Positions 1-9,762 of a stretch of DNA of 62,757 bases are shown here, in pieces. The stretch lies in IMG/VR virus record IMGVR_UViG_3300027996_000032, positions 1-62,757 of that record. One strand, given 5' to 3'. Within the stretch, counting starts at the first letter, position 1. Every line of letters begins with the position of its first letter. Under the pieces are notes generated by a model. It had not been told where the DNA came from. It did not search any database and was given only the letters and a program-made list of their open reading frames with translations. The translations under genes and the position numbers were made by a program. This DNA comes from a virus. Taxonomy: Duplodnaviria > Caudoviricetes.

Positions 1-83
1 CTCCACAAGTTGGTGTCGTTGTCGTACACGCTCTTGGCGTAGCCCTTGGCCCAAGTCCACGCGAAACGTACATCGTTGGCCAT
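1..83 (-). CDS. 5' end of a hypothetical protein running off the window (MANDVRFAWTWAKG...)
   Basis: ATG at 83 directly abuts the TAA of the upstream ORF; the frame stays open to base 1. Confidence 0.5.
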   Translation of the reverse strand, partial: MANDVRFAWTWAKGYAKSVYDNDTNLW

Positions 84-614
84 TTACACTCCCAGATCGG
101 CAGCGTCGTTGAACACGTCCGGCATCAGTTTGACGAGCTCGGCGAGCGGGGTTTCCGCCCACGATGCCGGCACGGCCACACCGGCCGCGACAGCGGCCAC
201 CACGCGGCCACCGAGCGGCACGAGGTATGCCCAGCCATCGGCGTCGGGATCGAATGCCGCGCCGCGTCCGGTCTCGTCGTTGTCGGGCACGATGGCGAAG
301 GTGTGGCGCTCCCAGCCCTGCGGGGATGAGCCCGAAGCCGCGAGCACCAGCGGGGCGGTGTCGCCCTGGCACAGCATGGCGCAATCCGCTTTGGCGTCCT
401 TGCGGCGTGGCGACTCGGCGAACGTCACGCGCTCCCAGTCGTCGGGCATGTCGTCAGGTACGACGCTCACCCGCAGGAGTGCGCTCGCTGGCCATCGAAG
501 GATGGAACCCCCCACGTTCGCCGGCGTGTGGCAGTCCACGCCGTCGGAAACGGTACCCCGTTCGTTCACGCAGATCGGAGCCAGATACCACTTTCGACCG
601 CTCCAGATCCCCAT
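84..614 (-). CDS. hypothetical protein
   Basis: ORF 84..749; likely start MGIWSGRKWY at 614 behind a GGAG-like RBS; protein-like composition. Confidence 0.55.
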   Translation of the reverse strand: MGIWSGRKWYLAPICVNERGTVSDGVDCHTPANVGGSILRWPASALLRVSVVPDDMPDDWERVTFAESPRRKDAKADCAMLCQGDTAPLVLAASGSSPQGWERHTFAIVPDNDETGRGAAFDPDADGWAYLVPLGGRVVAAVAAGVAVPASWAETPLAELVKLMPDVFNDAADLGV

Positions 615-772
615 GGCATGCTCCCCTGGGTTGCCGCCCAAGCATAACCCGACGCCAGCCCTACCCAACAGCGCCGCGCGCTGATACCCTGGCGACACGG
701 CGAACCGAGGCGTAAGAAAGGAACTGGAAGCACCTCGTGCGCGCCGCATCTACCCATGACGGAGAATGCGCG

Positions 773-1015
773 ATGTCTTCCCCAATCGGTTCCCCAATCG
801 GCCGCTACGTGCGGCTTTACGCCAACCAGTCGCCAAGCATCGGTCAGGTCACGACGGTGCGGGACGGCAAGCTGGGAATCCAGCGGCTCGGCAGCGACAG
901 CACCGCTATCCACTGGCGCGCGCCGCTCACGGTCGAGATTCTTCGGGACTCGAATCCTGCGGTAGTCGCCGCACTCGCCGCGCTCGAGCCCGGCAAGTCG
1001 GGAGGTGAGGCTTGA
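773..1015 (+). CDS. small hypothetical protein
   Basis: GGAG upstream of ATG 773; stop overlaps the next start (TTGA). Confidence 0.5.
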   Translation: MSSPIGSPIGRYVRLYANQSPSIGQVTTVRDGKLGIQRLGSDSTAIHWRAPLTVEILRDSNPAVVAALAALEPGKSGGEA

Positions 1016-2448
1016 GTTTTCCACACACAACCCGGGCACCCATCACCTGGTACGACATCACCGTTGAGCGCGATGGCGTGGAGCCGATCAAGTGGAAGCA
1101 CTGGGCGACATCGCTACAGATGGTGGTGCCCGTGCTGGGCTCCATGCCCGACGTGGACGCCACCGAAACACGAGATGGCTGGTACTTCCTCGACGAGAAG
1201 GCTCCTCTCGTCCTGGATGGCAGATACATCGTGCTGGGGCGACGCTCGCACACGGTGCGGGCGCCCGCTCTGCTTGTTCGGCGCCTCGTGCATGAGCGGT
1301 GCGTGACGTGGCTGGAGGACTACAATTCCAGGAAGCCGCACCCAGGCGACCGACTGGACACCACGCCGGCCGACGAACGGACCATGATCCAGGAGAAGGT
1401 CACCGCCGAGCTGCGCGTCCACGCCCTCCCCTCGGTGGTCGAGACGCCCATGGTGATCGACACCCACCAGTCCCGCATCTACTTCTTCGATTCCGCCAGC
1501 CCAGCCCGTCGAAAGGACGCGATGGACGCCCTGGCGACCCACCTCTGTGAAGAGTTCCGATACACCGGGGTCTCGTTCCATGAGGTGCCGCTGGAGGCTT
1601 GGATTCTGGCCACCCGGCCCGGTGCTGTGTTGCCAGCCAAGATCGGCGCGAAGTTCCTGCGATGGCTCGCACAACACGCACTCCGAGGCGGGTGGTGCGT
1701 CTTCAACCGCCGCGGCAGCGAGGTCGCGCTGCAGCTCACCCTTGACCGGCACGTGACCCTGACCGTTGACGGTGGCCTGATGCACGTCGATGGCCCCGAG
1801 GCCGTGAAGCTGGTGATCGAGGACCTCTTCGACCCCGACACCGACTCGCCCAGCTCGTCCATCGTGAACGCCATCTTCACCCTCGGTGAGGCGGGGCGAG
1901 ATGACGCGAGCTGGTCCGTGAAGCTCACGCGGGACGGCACGATCTCGCGATGCATCGTGAACGCCCCCAGAGAGCCAGGGGACAACGACCGGCTGCCCGA
2001 GAAGACGCTACACCGACTCAGAGACTTCCTCGATGCCTCCGACAACGTCACGGCGCTGTGGAACGCCTTCAATTCTGGCCCCGTCCAGGAGTGGATCGGA
2101 GGCGAGCCGCAGAAGCAGCTGTTTCCCGGGCAGACAGAGGCGCCGCCGACCTGGCGTGAGGAACTGGACGGCGAGGTGGTGAATCCCGACCAGGCCGCGC
2201 TGTTCGAGCCCCAGGAGGAGGAGGAAAGCACACCCACCGACCTACCTACAGACACCAAGGTGCCGTGGGGCGGCATGCCTTGTGGTGAGGTCACGAACGG
2301 GCGCTCTGTCCGGATCGTCATGAGTCACGACGACGAGGGTGTGACGTACGGCCTCAAAAACGGGAAAGAACGCACCGACCCATGGCCCAAGTGGCGTTCA
2401 TGGCTCGGCGCCGACTTCCGCTTCGTGCCCGGGACAGCACCGGCATGA
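1012..2448 (+). CDS. rdgC: RdgC-like recombination-associated DNA-binding protein with acidic C-terminal extension
   Basis: RdgC-like pattern: GW...YIVLGRR...P..LV...E...IQEKVTAEL..HALP...VID......FDSAS..R; GGAGG RBS. Confidence 0.6.
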   Translation: MSFPHTTRAPITWYDITVERDGVEPIKWKHWATSLQMVVPVLGSMPDVDATETRDGWYFLDEKAPLVLDGRYIVLGRRSHTVRAPALLVRRLVHERCVTWLEDYNSRKPHPGDRLDTTPADERTMIQEKVTAELRVHALPSVVETPMVIDTHQSRIYFFDSASPARRKDAMDALATHLCEEFRYTGVSFHEVPLEAWILATRPGAVLPAKIGAKFLRWLAQHALRGGWCVFNRRGSEVALQLTLDRHVTLTVDGGLMHVDGPEAVKLVIEDLFDPDTDSPSSSIVNAIFTLGEAGRDDASWSVKLTRDGTISRCIVNAPREPGDNDRLPEKTLHRLRDFLDASDNVTALWNAFNSGPVQEWIGGEPQKQLFPGQTEAPPTWREELDGEVVNPDQAALFEPQEEEESTPTDLPTDTKVPWGGMPCGEVTNGRSVRIVMSHDDEGVTYGLKNGKERTDPWPKWRSWLGADFRFVPGTAPA

Positions 2449-3125
2449 GTTCCACGGGACGGGGGCGCGAGCGACAGCCGCGCGACTACTACCCGACACC
2501 TGCCCCTGTGGTGCGGGCATGCCTCGATCTGCTCGACCTCCGCCCCGACCAACACGGGTTGGAGCCGAGCGCCGGCACGGGCGCATGGCTCGGCCCCATG
2601 CTTGACCGTCTTGGGCACGTCGATGCGGTGGAGATCGACCGCAAGAAGTGCAAGGCGCTGCGGGAGCTCCGCGCAGGACATGAGACCCCTGGGTCTGTGA
2701 TCTGCACCGACTTCACCGAACACATGCCGCCCGGTGTCGGCGCCACGGGTATGTACGACTGGATCATCGGCAACCCACCCTTCAGTGTCGCGAGCCAGCA
2801 CGTGCAACACGCTCACTGGCTCCTGAAGCCTGGGGGCCGCCTAGCGTTCCTGCTCGGCTCCGGATGGCTCCACACCGCTGGGCGGCGGTGGCTCCGCGAG
2901 CGCTTCGCCTTGTGGCGCGACTACGGCATAGAGGGCCGCCCGCCCTTCATGCAGGCAGTCCAGGTCGAGGGGACCGATAGCGTGGAATACAGCCTGTTTG
3001 TCTGGCAGCGCGGCTACACCGGCAGCGCACCGAAGCGCTATTTTTCCTGGAAGGACGGCGCCCCGGTTGCGGAGGACAGGGAGAAGATCCGCGCACTCGA
3101 CTGGTCCCACGACAGCGTGAAGTGA
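2445..3125 (+). CDS. DNA N6-adenine methyltransferase (orphan)
   Basis: RDYYPTP, LEPSAGTG (motif I), IGNPPF (motif IV); ATGA coupling to the upstream gene. Confidence 0.85.
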   Translation: MSSTGRGRERQPRDYYPTPAPVVRACLDLLDLRPDQHGLEPSAGTGAWLGPMLDRLGHVDAVEIDRKKCKALRELRAGHETPGSVICTDFTEHMPPGVGATGMYDWIIGNPPFSVASQHVQHAHWLLKPGGRLAFLLGSGWLHTAGRRWLRERFALWRDYGIEGRPPFMQAVQVEGTDSVEYSLFVWQRGYTGSAPKRYFSWKDGAPVAEDREKIRALDWSHDSVK

Positions 3126-3220
3126 CACCAGGCGGTGTGTGAAGTGCCACACAGAACGATACCCGCCCTGGTGCCCTCCTTTGGGCGGCGCTACCATGCG
3201 AGGGAATGCATGGAGTTTCA

Positions 3221-3736
3221 ATGTTCGCTCAAGCGGTGATGGCCGACCTCGTGCCTTTTGAACCCCTGACCTGCCCTGACAGCCCGTTTAGCGCTATCTC
3301 TGATGACCCGTCCGCGGTACGTGTGGAGTACGCGGAGGGGGCGCCAATGACCGAGCAGTGGCCTGACATCGTTGAAAGGATCGTGTCTCGTGCCCTCAGT
3401 AGTGTCGAAACACGGCTCAAAACGATCGACAAGACAGCCTCGAACAACGCAGGGGCCATCGCGGGCATTCGTGAGGGGCTCGCCGGTTGGCGTGGCGCCG
3501 ACCTGGGTGGCAAGATCGACAAGCTGGAGTCGAGGCTAGAAGCCGAGGTCGAGAAACGAACCGACGCGCTAGCAGCCGAGGTCGGGGCGCGAACCGAAGC
3601 TCTCAAGACCATGGGCGAGAAAGTGGCGAAGCTCGAAGCCGAGCGCCACCGGGCAATCGGCGCATTCTTCATCTTGTCACTGGTCCCCACCGGCCTGACT
3701 GTCGCGACAGCCCTCGGGTGGTTCACACCCGCCTGA
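3221..3736 (+). CDS. coiled-coil protein with C-terminal TM helix (holin/XhlA-like candidate); start may be 3348
   Basis: heptad coiled coil followed by hydrophobic AIGAFFILSLVPTGLTVATALGWF. Confidence 0.5.
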   Translation: MFAQAVMADLVPFEPLTCPDSPFSAISDDPSAVRVEYAEGAPMTEQWPDIVERIVSRALSSVETRLKTIDKTASNNAGAIAGIREGLAGWRGADLGGKIDKLESRLEAEVEKRTDALAAEVGARTEALKTMGEKVAKLEAERHRAIGAFFILSLVPTGLTVATALGWFTPA

Positions 3737-3737
3737 G

Positions 3738-4103
3738 CTAGGGCTCGCCAGACATCATGCGGCGCGCGACCTCCGCCATCCCGCCACCGCTCGCAAGGGC
3801 TGCGACCGCATACGCCGCCGTCTTCCAGTCCACGCGCTCCAGAATGCCCGTCGCCAGGGCTACCTTCTGCTCCTCCGCCTTCGTCTCGGCAGCCTGCTCG
3901 CGCTCCACGACCTCGAGCAGGGTCACGACACGTCGCAACACCTCGCCAGTCTCGCCGAGACGCTCGAACAGCACGCGTTCCGGCGTGATGCTGTCCAGGT
4001 GGGCGCGCAGGGCCCCCACCGCGGCGCGCAGTGCGTCCGGAAGCTCCGACTGCTCCAGGAGCCGTACAGCGGCCTCAGCGCGTGCCAGATCTTCGCGGGT
4101 CAC
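3738..4103 (-). CDS. coiled-coil protein with C-terminal hydrophobic segment
   Basis: GTG start overlapping the upstream TGA; helical and charged, ends WKTAAYAVAALASGGG. Confidence 0.5.
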   Translation of the reverse strand: MTREDLARAEAAVRLLEQSELPDALRAAVGALRAHLDSITPERVLFERLGETGEVLRRVVTLLEVVEREQAAETKAEEQKVALATGILERVDWKTAAYAVAALASGGGMAEVARRMMSGEP

Positions 4104-4918
4104 CTTCGGGCCGAGACACGCACCGTGCCGACAGCTCCGGCGCCTGTGGCCCACACTAGGGCAGAGGTCCATTCCTGCCAGGCGTTGAAGTGCAGAGCGT
4201 AGCGTCCTGCACCATCAGCGGCGTCGATGTCGAAGCGATACGGGTGCCCGGTCGAGATGCCGGTAGCCGCTGCCAGGTTGTCGGCCAGGTCACAAGGGGA
4301 CCAGTGCCCCGCCGTCGCCACAGCTGGGGCGACGAGACCGCTTTGCCGGCACCAGACGTGCAGGAAGGTCGACGCGTTCCAGGCCGTGACATCGACAATC
4401 AGGCTGCAGTCCTTGTAATCGTACAGATCGACCTTCGTGGTTCGGCTCGCGGCGACATCCATGTTCGTGTTGAAGCCGCCGGTCGCGTCCAGGATCTCGT
4501 ACTCCGTGAGCCGCCGGTTGGTCTCGATGGGCATCACAGGCGCCCAGCCGCCGAACCGGTAGAACAGCGAGGCGCCAGTGGCCACGGAACCGTTCAGGTG
4601 GGTCAAATAGAATCCGATAGACTCGCCATCGGCTGCCGCAATATCGACCTGGGTGTGGTTGCCGTCAATTAGGACCACCCGATCCTCGACGAACCCGCCC
4701 CGCCAGCGCCCCACATGCAAGCGAGCGCTGGTGAGAGTCCCGAGAGCGACCTGGACCCGCAGCGTGGAGTCCTGGTGGACGCGTAGACACTGCAGCTCGG
4801 CGACAGGTGTCGACTGGTCTGCTACGACCTCGGGCACCTTCAGTTGCGCCCACGGACCGCCAACCGCGCCACCGTAGCGATTGAACTGCCTACTCTGGTT
4901 GCCAGATAGCCCGGACAT
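4100..4918 (-). CDS. hypothetical beta-rich protein, probably virion-associated
   Basis: 272-aa ORF with GGAGG RBS; beta-strand-like composition. Confidence 0.55.
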   Translation of the reverse strand: MSGLSGNQSRQFNRYGGAVGGPWAQLKVPEVVADQSTPVAELQCLRVHQDSTLRVQVALGTLTSARLHVGRWRGGFVEDRVVLIDGNHTQVDIAAADGESIGFYLTHLNGSVATGASLFYRFGGWAPVMPIETNRRLTEYEILDATGGFNTNMDVAASRTTKVDLYDYKDCSLIVDVTAWNASTFLHVWCRQSGLVAPAVATAGHWSPCDLADNLAAATGISTGHPYRFDIDAADGAGRYALHFNAWQEWTSALVWATGAGAVGTVRVSARR

Positions 4919-4951
4919 CGCGGCCTCCTACTGTGGGCCCATCTTACCCGG

Positions 4952-5356
4952 TCACTTCCGGCTGTGCCCCTTGGCAGCCTTGCGGAGCCCTCGGCGCATG
5001 CGTCGGGCCTTCTTCTTCATGGCCTTTCGATTCCGCGGTGCAAGCCGTTCCATCCACACAACCAGCGTCACGAGCCCGCCCACCACCGCGCGACGCTCCA
5101 CCTCTGGCTGCTGGCGCCAATCGGCGCCGAGCTCGGCGTCGAGGAGCGCCATCATCAGGTCCGTGAGATCCTCGATGCTGACAGCGTCACCCACAAGGTC
5201 GTCATCATCAAGCACTTCCGCGATCAGCTCGAAGATCAGCGACACCATCTGCGCGAGCCAGCTTGGCAGGCCCTGGTCCGCGAACAGTTTCGGCAGCACC
5301 GCCTTCAGCAAGACCTCACCCACAGGGATCAGGCCCTTCAACGCAAGATCAATCAT
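4952..5356 (-). CDS. hypothetical protein with basic C-terminal tail
   Basis: 134-aa ORF with GGAG RBS. Confidence 0.5.
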   Translation of the reverse strand: MIDLALKGLIPVGEVLLKAVLPKLFADQGLPSWLAQMVSLIFELIAEVLDDDDLVGDAVSIEDLTDLMMALLDAELGADWRQQPEVERRAVVGGLVTLVVWMERLAPRNRKAMKKKARRMRRGLRKAAKGHSRK

Positions 5357-5558
5357 AATTCGCTCCCATGTCTGGTAGTCGTACCGAGCCGCTCGCCGTC
5401 ACGCACCAGCACACCATCAGCTCGGAGCGCAGCACGGGCGTGTGGGGAACGCACTTCCTCTCACACCGCCACGACGATCCGGCATGAGCCATCCAGAGAC
5501 CCAGGGCGGCAAGCGCCAGTGAGCCAATGATCCAAGCAGCGTCGACCCGTGTGAACAT
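5349..5558 (-). CDS. small membrane-anchored Cys-containing protein
   Basis: MFTRVDAAWIIGSLALAALGLW TM segment, then C-x3-C...CWC. Confidence 0.4.
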   Translation of the reverse strand: MFTRVDAAWIIGSLALAALGLWMAHAGSSWRCERKCVPHTPVLRSELMVCWCVTASGSVRLPDMGANYD

Positions 5559-5701
5559 GGGGCCAGCATACACCACCCCTATGGATTGACGACACGGCGG
5601 CGTGACGGTACTGTCGGGGCCAGTGCGGGGCTCTCTCCACTCTCTCTCGGACAGGGTTGGTTCGGCCGCCCAGAGCCCCGCACCCCACATCGAGGTGATC
5701 C

Positions 5702-6487
5702 ATGGGTGTTGTTGGTGTCGATCCATCCGGTCGGTCCACGGGTCTCGCGTACGTGACCCCGACGCTTGTGGAGCTTGTTCCGATCATCATGTACGCGGGG
5801 GATCCAGAGCGCTCGTACCGTGACCGGATCATGCCCGCGCTGGCACGATGGCAGCCGCAAGCCGTCGGCATCGAGAAGACAGCGGGGCGAGCCAGGAAGG
5901 ACACGAACCACGGCCCCCAGGCCGCACTCGCGGAGCCTTTGGGCTACCTGCGCGGCCTGATCGCTCACCCCTATGTGGTGGCCGGCATGCGGCCCATCTA
6001 CCCGGACCCCGGGGAATGGCGGCGCTCCCTACAGGCGCACGCGATGTCGCTTGGGGTGTCGCTCCCCACCCCGAGCCGTCGCTCTCTGCGCGCGAAAGCC
6101 GCGAGCCAGAGCGCGGGAGCATCGAAGCCCGACCGGTTGGAGGCCATCGTAAGGGACCACGAGAGCGGAGGGTATCGGGCCACGTGGGAACGGTGCGGGT
6201 GCGCCTTCACGGCTCCCGACCTGGTGGCCATCATGGACAAGCCCGACGCGTGCCCCTCGTGCGCTGGTGCCCCACCAGTCGACGGCGGCGACATAGCGAA
6301 ACTCGTGCGGGCCGCGTGGAAGTCCTGGGCATGCGAGATCGTGCACCGCCTACACCCGGAGCCCTACAGTCGACTCGTCACCGACGCGCGCAGCCGAGCC
6401 AGGACCGCGAAGGATGACCACCAGCTCTCTGGGGTCTCCGACGCCTGCGAAGCCTTTGGGATCGCCATCCACACGAGGACAGCATGA
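5702..6487 (+). CDS. RuvC-like Holliday junction resolvase with inserted Cys4 (Zn-binding) segment
   Basis: VVGVDPS (catalytic D), VGIEK (E), SDACEAFGIA (C-terminal acidic helix); CGC...CPSC insert; GAGGTG RBS. Confidence 0.7.
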   Translation: MGVVGVDPSGRSTGLAYVTPTLVELVPIIMYAGDPERSYRDRIMPALARWQPQAVGIEKTAGRARKDTNHGPQAALAEPLGYLRGLIAHPYVVAGMRPIYPDPGEWRRSLQAHAMSLGVSLPTPSRRSLRAKAASQSAGASKPDRLEAIVRDHESGGYRATWERCGCAFTAPDLVAIMDKPDACPSCAGAPPVDGGDIAKLVRAAWKSWACEIVHRLHPEPYSRLVTDARSRARTAKDDHQLSGVSDACEAFGIAIHTRTA

Positions 6488-6984
6488 GGGACACGTCCAG
6501 GGCGGCACACGAGCGGATCAGGCCGAGCGCCCTCGTGCTGCGTGAGCGAGTCGCCCGTTTCGTGGAAGCTCGAGGCGTTGAGGGCGCGACGGACCAGGAG
6601 GTGCAGATCGGCCTCGCCATGTCGGGCAACACACAACGCCCGCGCCGCTGGGAACTCATGCACGACGGGCGCCTCAAGGACTCCGGGGCCACGAGGACCA
6701 CCCGGAAGGGACGAGCCGCCATCGTGTGGGTGTACGTCCACGACGAGGACGAGCGGACCGAGCTACGGCGCCAACAGGTCCGGGACTACAGCCGAACCGC
6801 TACCGATCTCATCGGCGAGATCGGCGCCTTGAACGAACGCCTCGCTGGATGCGCCTCCGCGCTCCGGCGACTGGGGCCAGAGTGGGCGGCATCCCACATC
6901 GTGGCGTGCCTGGAAGGGCGAGCCGACGTGGGGGACCTAGACGCCACCCAGGGCGACATGTTCGGCGGTCAGTCGAACCGCTGA
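6484..6984 (+). CDS. winged-helix DNA-binding protein
   Basis: DTSRAA...GATDQEV...NTQRPRRWEL...G.L.DSG.TR.TRKGRAAIVW, a common phage wHTH pattern. Confidence 0.7.
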   Translation: MRDTSRAAHERIRPSALVLRERVARFVEARGVEGATDQEVQIGLAMSGNTQRPRRWELMHDGRLKDSGATRTTRKGRAAIVWVYVHDEDERTELRRQQVRDYSRTATDLIGEIGALNERLAGCASALRRLGPEWAASHIVACLEGRADVGDLDATQGDMFGGQSNR

Positions 6985-8915
6985 GACGGGGGCAGCCCGA
7001 GCCGCACCGGCATGACTTCGCACCCGTCGACGACATTGACGACTGGCTTTGTGTCGATGAACACGACCCACGGGAACCCCAGCGTGGGGATGATCCGGAT
7101 CCTCTCCGCGGCCGCCACATGCGCCGCGTCCGTGATCCGCAGCCAGCTCTCGTCTCTGTAGATCTCGGTGGGGAACGTAAGCGCCCCCTCGTCATCGCTT
7201 GTCGCCCCGACGAGGATTTGCGCGTAGTGCGACTTGGCAGTATCGGCGCGGCCGTAGACCACCGCGAGGCCACCACCCGGGGCTGCCCACGCACAAACGT
7301 CGTATTTGTCCGCTGTCGCCTGCTCGCCGACCACCGTCCCACCTGCCGTTGACGCGGCGTCTGGAAGGTCCTCGTTCACCGACCTCTTGACTCGGATCTT
7401 CTGCTTGGCCAGCGGGTTGTTCTCGATGAACACCCACCAGATGGTGCCGTCGTCAGTCTGCGCGAGACGCGCCTGGGTGGCCTCGACCGAGGACACAAAG
7501 GCGTCGAGGATCGTGAACCCCGCGTGCGCGTTGGTCGTCCAGGTTGACCCATAGTCATCGCTGTACACGTAGCTGATCCCGTACTGCTGCCCGACTGGCT
7601 GGCTGGCGTCGCCGTACACGGCACCAAGGATCAGCCTCCCACGCCGAGTGAGCAGCAGATCGATACCGAAGAGGAGATCCGCGGCAGCGATGAGTGTGGG
7701 ATCCCAGATCTTCACCTCCGCGCCCCATGTCGCCCCGTTGTCGGTGGACGGTCGCAGATAGGCGATCCCCGCCTTCAGGTAGACACAAACGTGCGTGTTC
7801 CCCGTCGAAGGGGGCACAGCCTCAATGGCGCATGGTCCGTCTGCGCCCGCGCCCTGCACCACCCCTGCCGCAGCCCAGGACCTGGAATCACGAGAGAGTG
7901 TCAGCGCCCGAACCTCGGGTCCACCAGGGCGTCCCGCAACCATCACGGCCCGGACGTTGCTACCGTTCGATGCTGCGGGTGCCCCGTCAATGTCGGTAAC
8001 CGACGACGCTGGCGCCCAGACAGCCTGTCTGTTGAGCTCCGTCGAGAGGTAGTCACCAGCCCCCGCCGAGTGGTGGTTCGTCCGCAGCTCCAGCCACGTC
8101 AGACCCCGCTCCTCGTGTTGCGGCCGCCACCTGTTCGCGTGACGACGGTCGATGATCTGGACCTTCGGAGGCCCGCCCGCATCGTTCCTCTTCGTGTCGC
8201 AGATGATCATGTCGCCAGCTGCCGGCACCCGGGTGCGTGCGACCTCGACCAGGGCGGGCTTGATCCGTTCGTGGATGTCCGGATCTGCGGGTGTCGCAAT
8301 CGAGAAGTCGCCTACCACCGAGAAGGTCAGCCCAGCCTCTGTGTTCCCGAGCGGTGCCGTCCGCATCGTCGCGGTGGTGTCGGTGGCCACCGTGTCGAGT
8401 TCATAGATCCCGTCGTTGCCCAGGGCCGAACCCGTGATCTTGATCCGTGTGCCCTTCTTCATGTCCTGGACGGCATCACTCGTGAAGCCGTGGTATCGCG
8501 TGAACTCGGTCCCGATGCCTGTGATCGACGTGGAACCAACCGTGAAGGTGATGGTTCCACGCTCCTTGTCTTCGCTTCCTCGTCGCAGCACCAGCGTGTA
8601 CCAAGTGTTGTCGTCCGTCAGCGCGAGCTCGATGTCCTGGTAGAGCTGGAGTGCGTACCCATCGCTGTCGATGGCCAGGGCGTGACCCTGCGGACCCACG
8701 GAGACAGTGATCGTGCCATCATCGTTGGCGTCGTGCGCTCGCCACTGCCCCGCCTGCTCGGCGCCGAGGGCGTTGCCCATGACGAGGCCAGTCTTTCGGG
8801 AGTGGGCGAGCCGCTCACGGCGGCGAACCTCCCCGTTCTCAAACTGCCACCACTGCAGCTCGTCCATTCCGACCTTCAGGCCCTTCGCAAAAACCAATCC
8901 TCGGCTCACAGGCAT
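6969..8915 (-). CDS. tail fibre / receptor-binding protein with sialidase-like (Asp-box) beta-propeller
   Basis: Asp-box motifs STDNGATW and SDDYGSTW; last gene of the baseplate operon. Confidence 0.65.
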   Translation of the reverse strand: MPVSRGLVFAKGLKVGMDELQWWQFENGEVRRRERLAHSRKTGLVMGNALGAEQAGQWRAHDANDDGTITVSVGPQGHALAIDSDGYALQLYQDIELALTDDNTWYTLVLRRGSEDKERGTITFTVGSTSITGIGTEFTRYHGFTSDAVQDMKKGTRIKITGSALGNDGIYELDTVATDTTATMRTAPLGNTEAGLTFSVVGDFSIATPADPDIHERIKPALVEVARTRVPAAGDMIICDTKRNDAGGPPKVQIIDRRHANRWRPQHEERGLTWLELRTNHHSAGAGDYLSTELNRQAVWAPASSVTDIDGAPAASNGSNVRAVMVAGRPGGPEVRALTLSRDSRSWAAAGVVQGAGADGPCAIEAVPPSTGNTHVCVYLKAGIAYLRPSTDNGATWGAEVKIWDPTLIAAADLLFGIDLLLTRRGRLILGAVYGDASQPVGQQYGISYVYSDDYGSTWTTNAHAGFTILDAFVSSVEATQARLAQTDDGTIWWVFIENNPLAKQKIRVKRSVNEDLPDAASTAGGTVVGEQATADKYDVCAWAAPGGGLAVVYGRADTAKSHYAQILVGATSDDEGALTFPTEIYRDESWLRITDAAHVAAAERIRIIPTLGFPWVVFIDTKPVVNVVDGCEVMPVRLGLPPSQRFD

Positions 8916-8925
8916 GTCGACCTCA

Positions 8926-9762
8926 TCAGGCTACCGCTAGGGTGCGGCGCAGCACATCGGTGGTGTAGTAGGTGCGGCTGAGGCCGTCGACGACGACCTG
9001 GGTATCGCTTGGCACGAGCTGCACGGTGCGTGTCTCGCGGAAGGTGTCGGCGCCGTTGCGCACAACCACCGTGGAGCCCACGGGGAAGTCGCGGGAATCC
9101 TCGACCGTGAGCAGGGAGCCCAGGGCGTGCGGTGCCGTGGTCGCCCGCAGGTGGGTCGCGACGGCTACCTCGTAGACCATCTCCACCACCGACCTGGGTG
9201 CCAGGTGGCTCGCGATCCAGTCCGCGAGCCGTTGCGCCGTGAAATTAGGAGCCTTGTACGTCTGGAACTCGACGGCGATAGTGAGGAGCGTGCCGGGGAA
9301 GTCGAGCCAGATCGGCGTCACCTCTGGATAGGTGACATCGAGGATCCATTCCCCTGGACGACCAGACGACCACACCACCTGACGGGTGCCGCAGGTGAGC
9401 CGGAGCACCGACAGCTCCAGGCCACGCGTCGAGCCCATGAGCTGCATCGTCGCGGGCAGCCTCCGCAGCCAGAGGCGCAGCTCTTCGTTGAGCTCGCAGC
9501 CACCGTGTGCCAAGCCCCGCTCGATCACGTTCTGGACGAACGCCGGGCGGCGCTGGCGGTCCGTCGTGCGGTGCAGCGTCTCACCCTCGCGGGTGTCGGC
9601 CGTCGCGGTCACACCCTCGGAGATGAAGATCGTCGCGGATGGCGAGACCGTGACCACCGGCTTGTAGAGGGCACCGAGGCCGATCTTGGAGACCGCCTGT
9701 GACACCGTGGGGAAGCCAAGGAGCCCGAGCCCAATCTTTGATACGCGCTCATTGTCGGGCAT
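8926..9762 (-). CDS. baseplate/tail-associated structural protein
   Basis: position between baseplate genes and fibre; translationally coupled. Confidence 0.5.
   Translation of the reverse strand: MPDNERVSKIGLGLLGFPTVSQAVSKIGLGALYKPVVTVSPSATIFISEGVTATADTREGETLHRTTDRQRRPAFVQNVIERGLAHGGCELNEELRLWLRRLPATMQLMGSTRGLELSVLRLTCGTRQVVWSSGRPGEWILDVTYPEVTPIWLDFPGTLLTIAVEFQTYKAPNFTAQRLADWIASHLAPRSVVEMVYEVAVATHLRATTAPHALGSLLTVEDSRDFPVGSTVVVRNGADTFRETRTVQLVPSDTQVVVDGLSRTYYTTDVLRRTLAVA

Noticed and set aside
2445-3125. Restriction-modification system
   Set aside because: No cognate endonuclease is adjacent; orphan MTases are routine in phages.
5702-6487. TnpB/Cas12/IscB RNA-guided nuclease
   Set aside because: The RuvC-I motif is at the extreme N-terminus, no recognition lobe is present, the next gene overlaps the stop, and there are no transposon ends.
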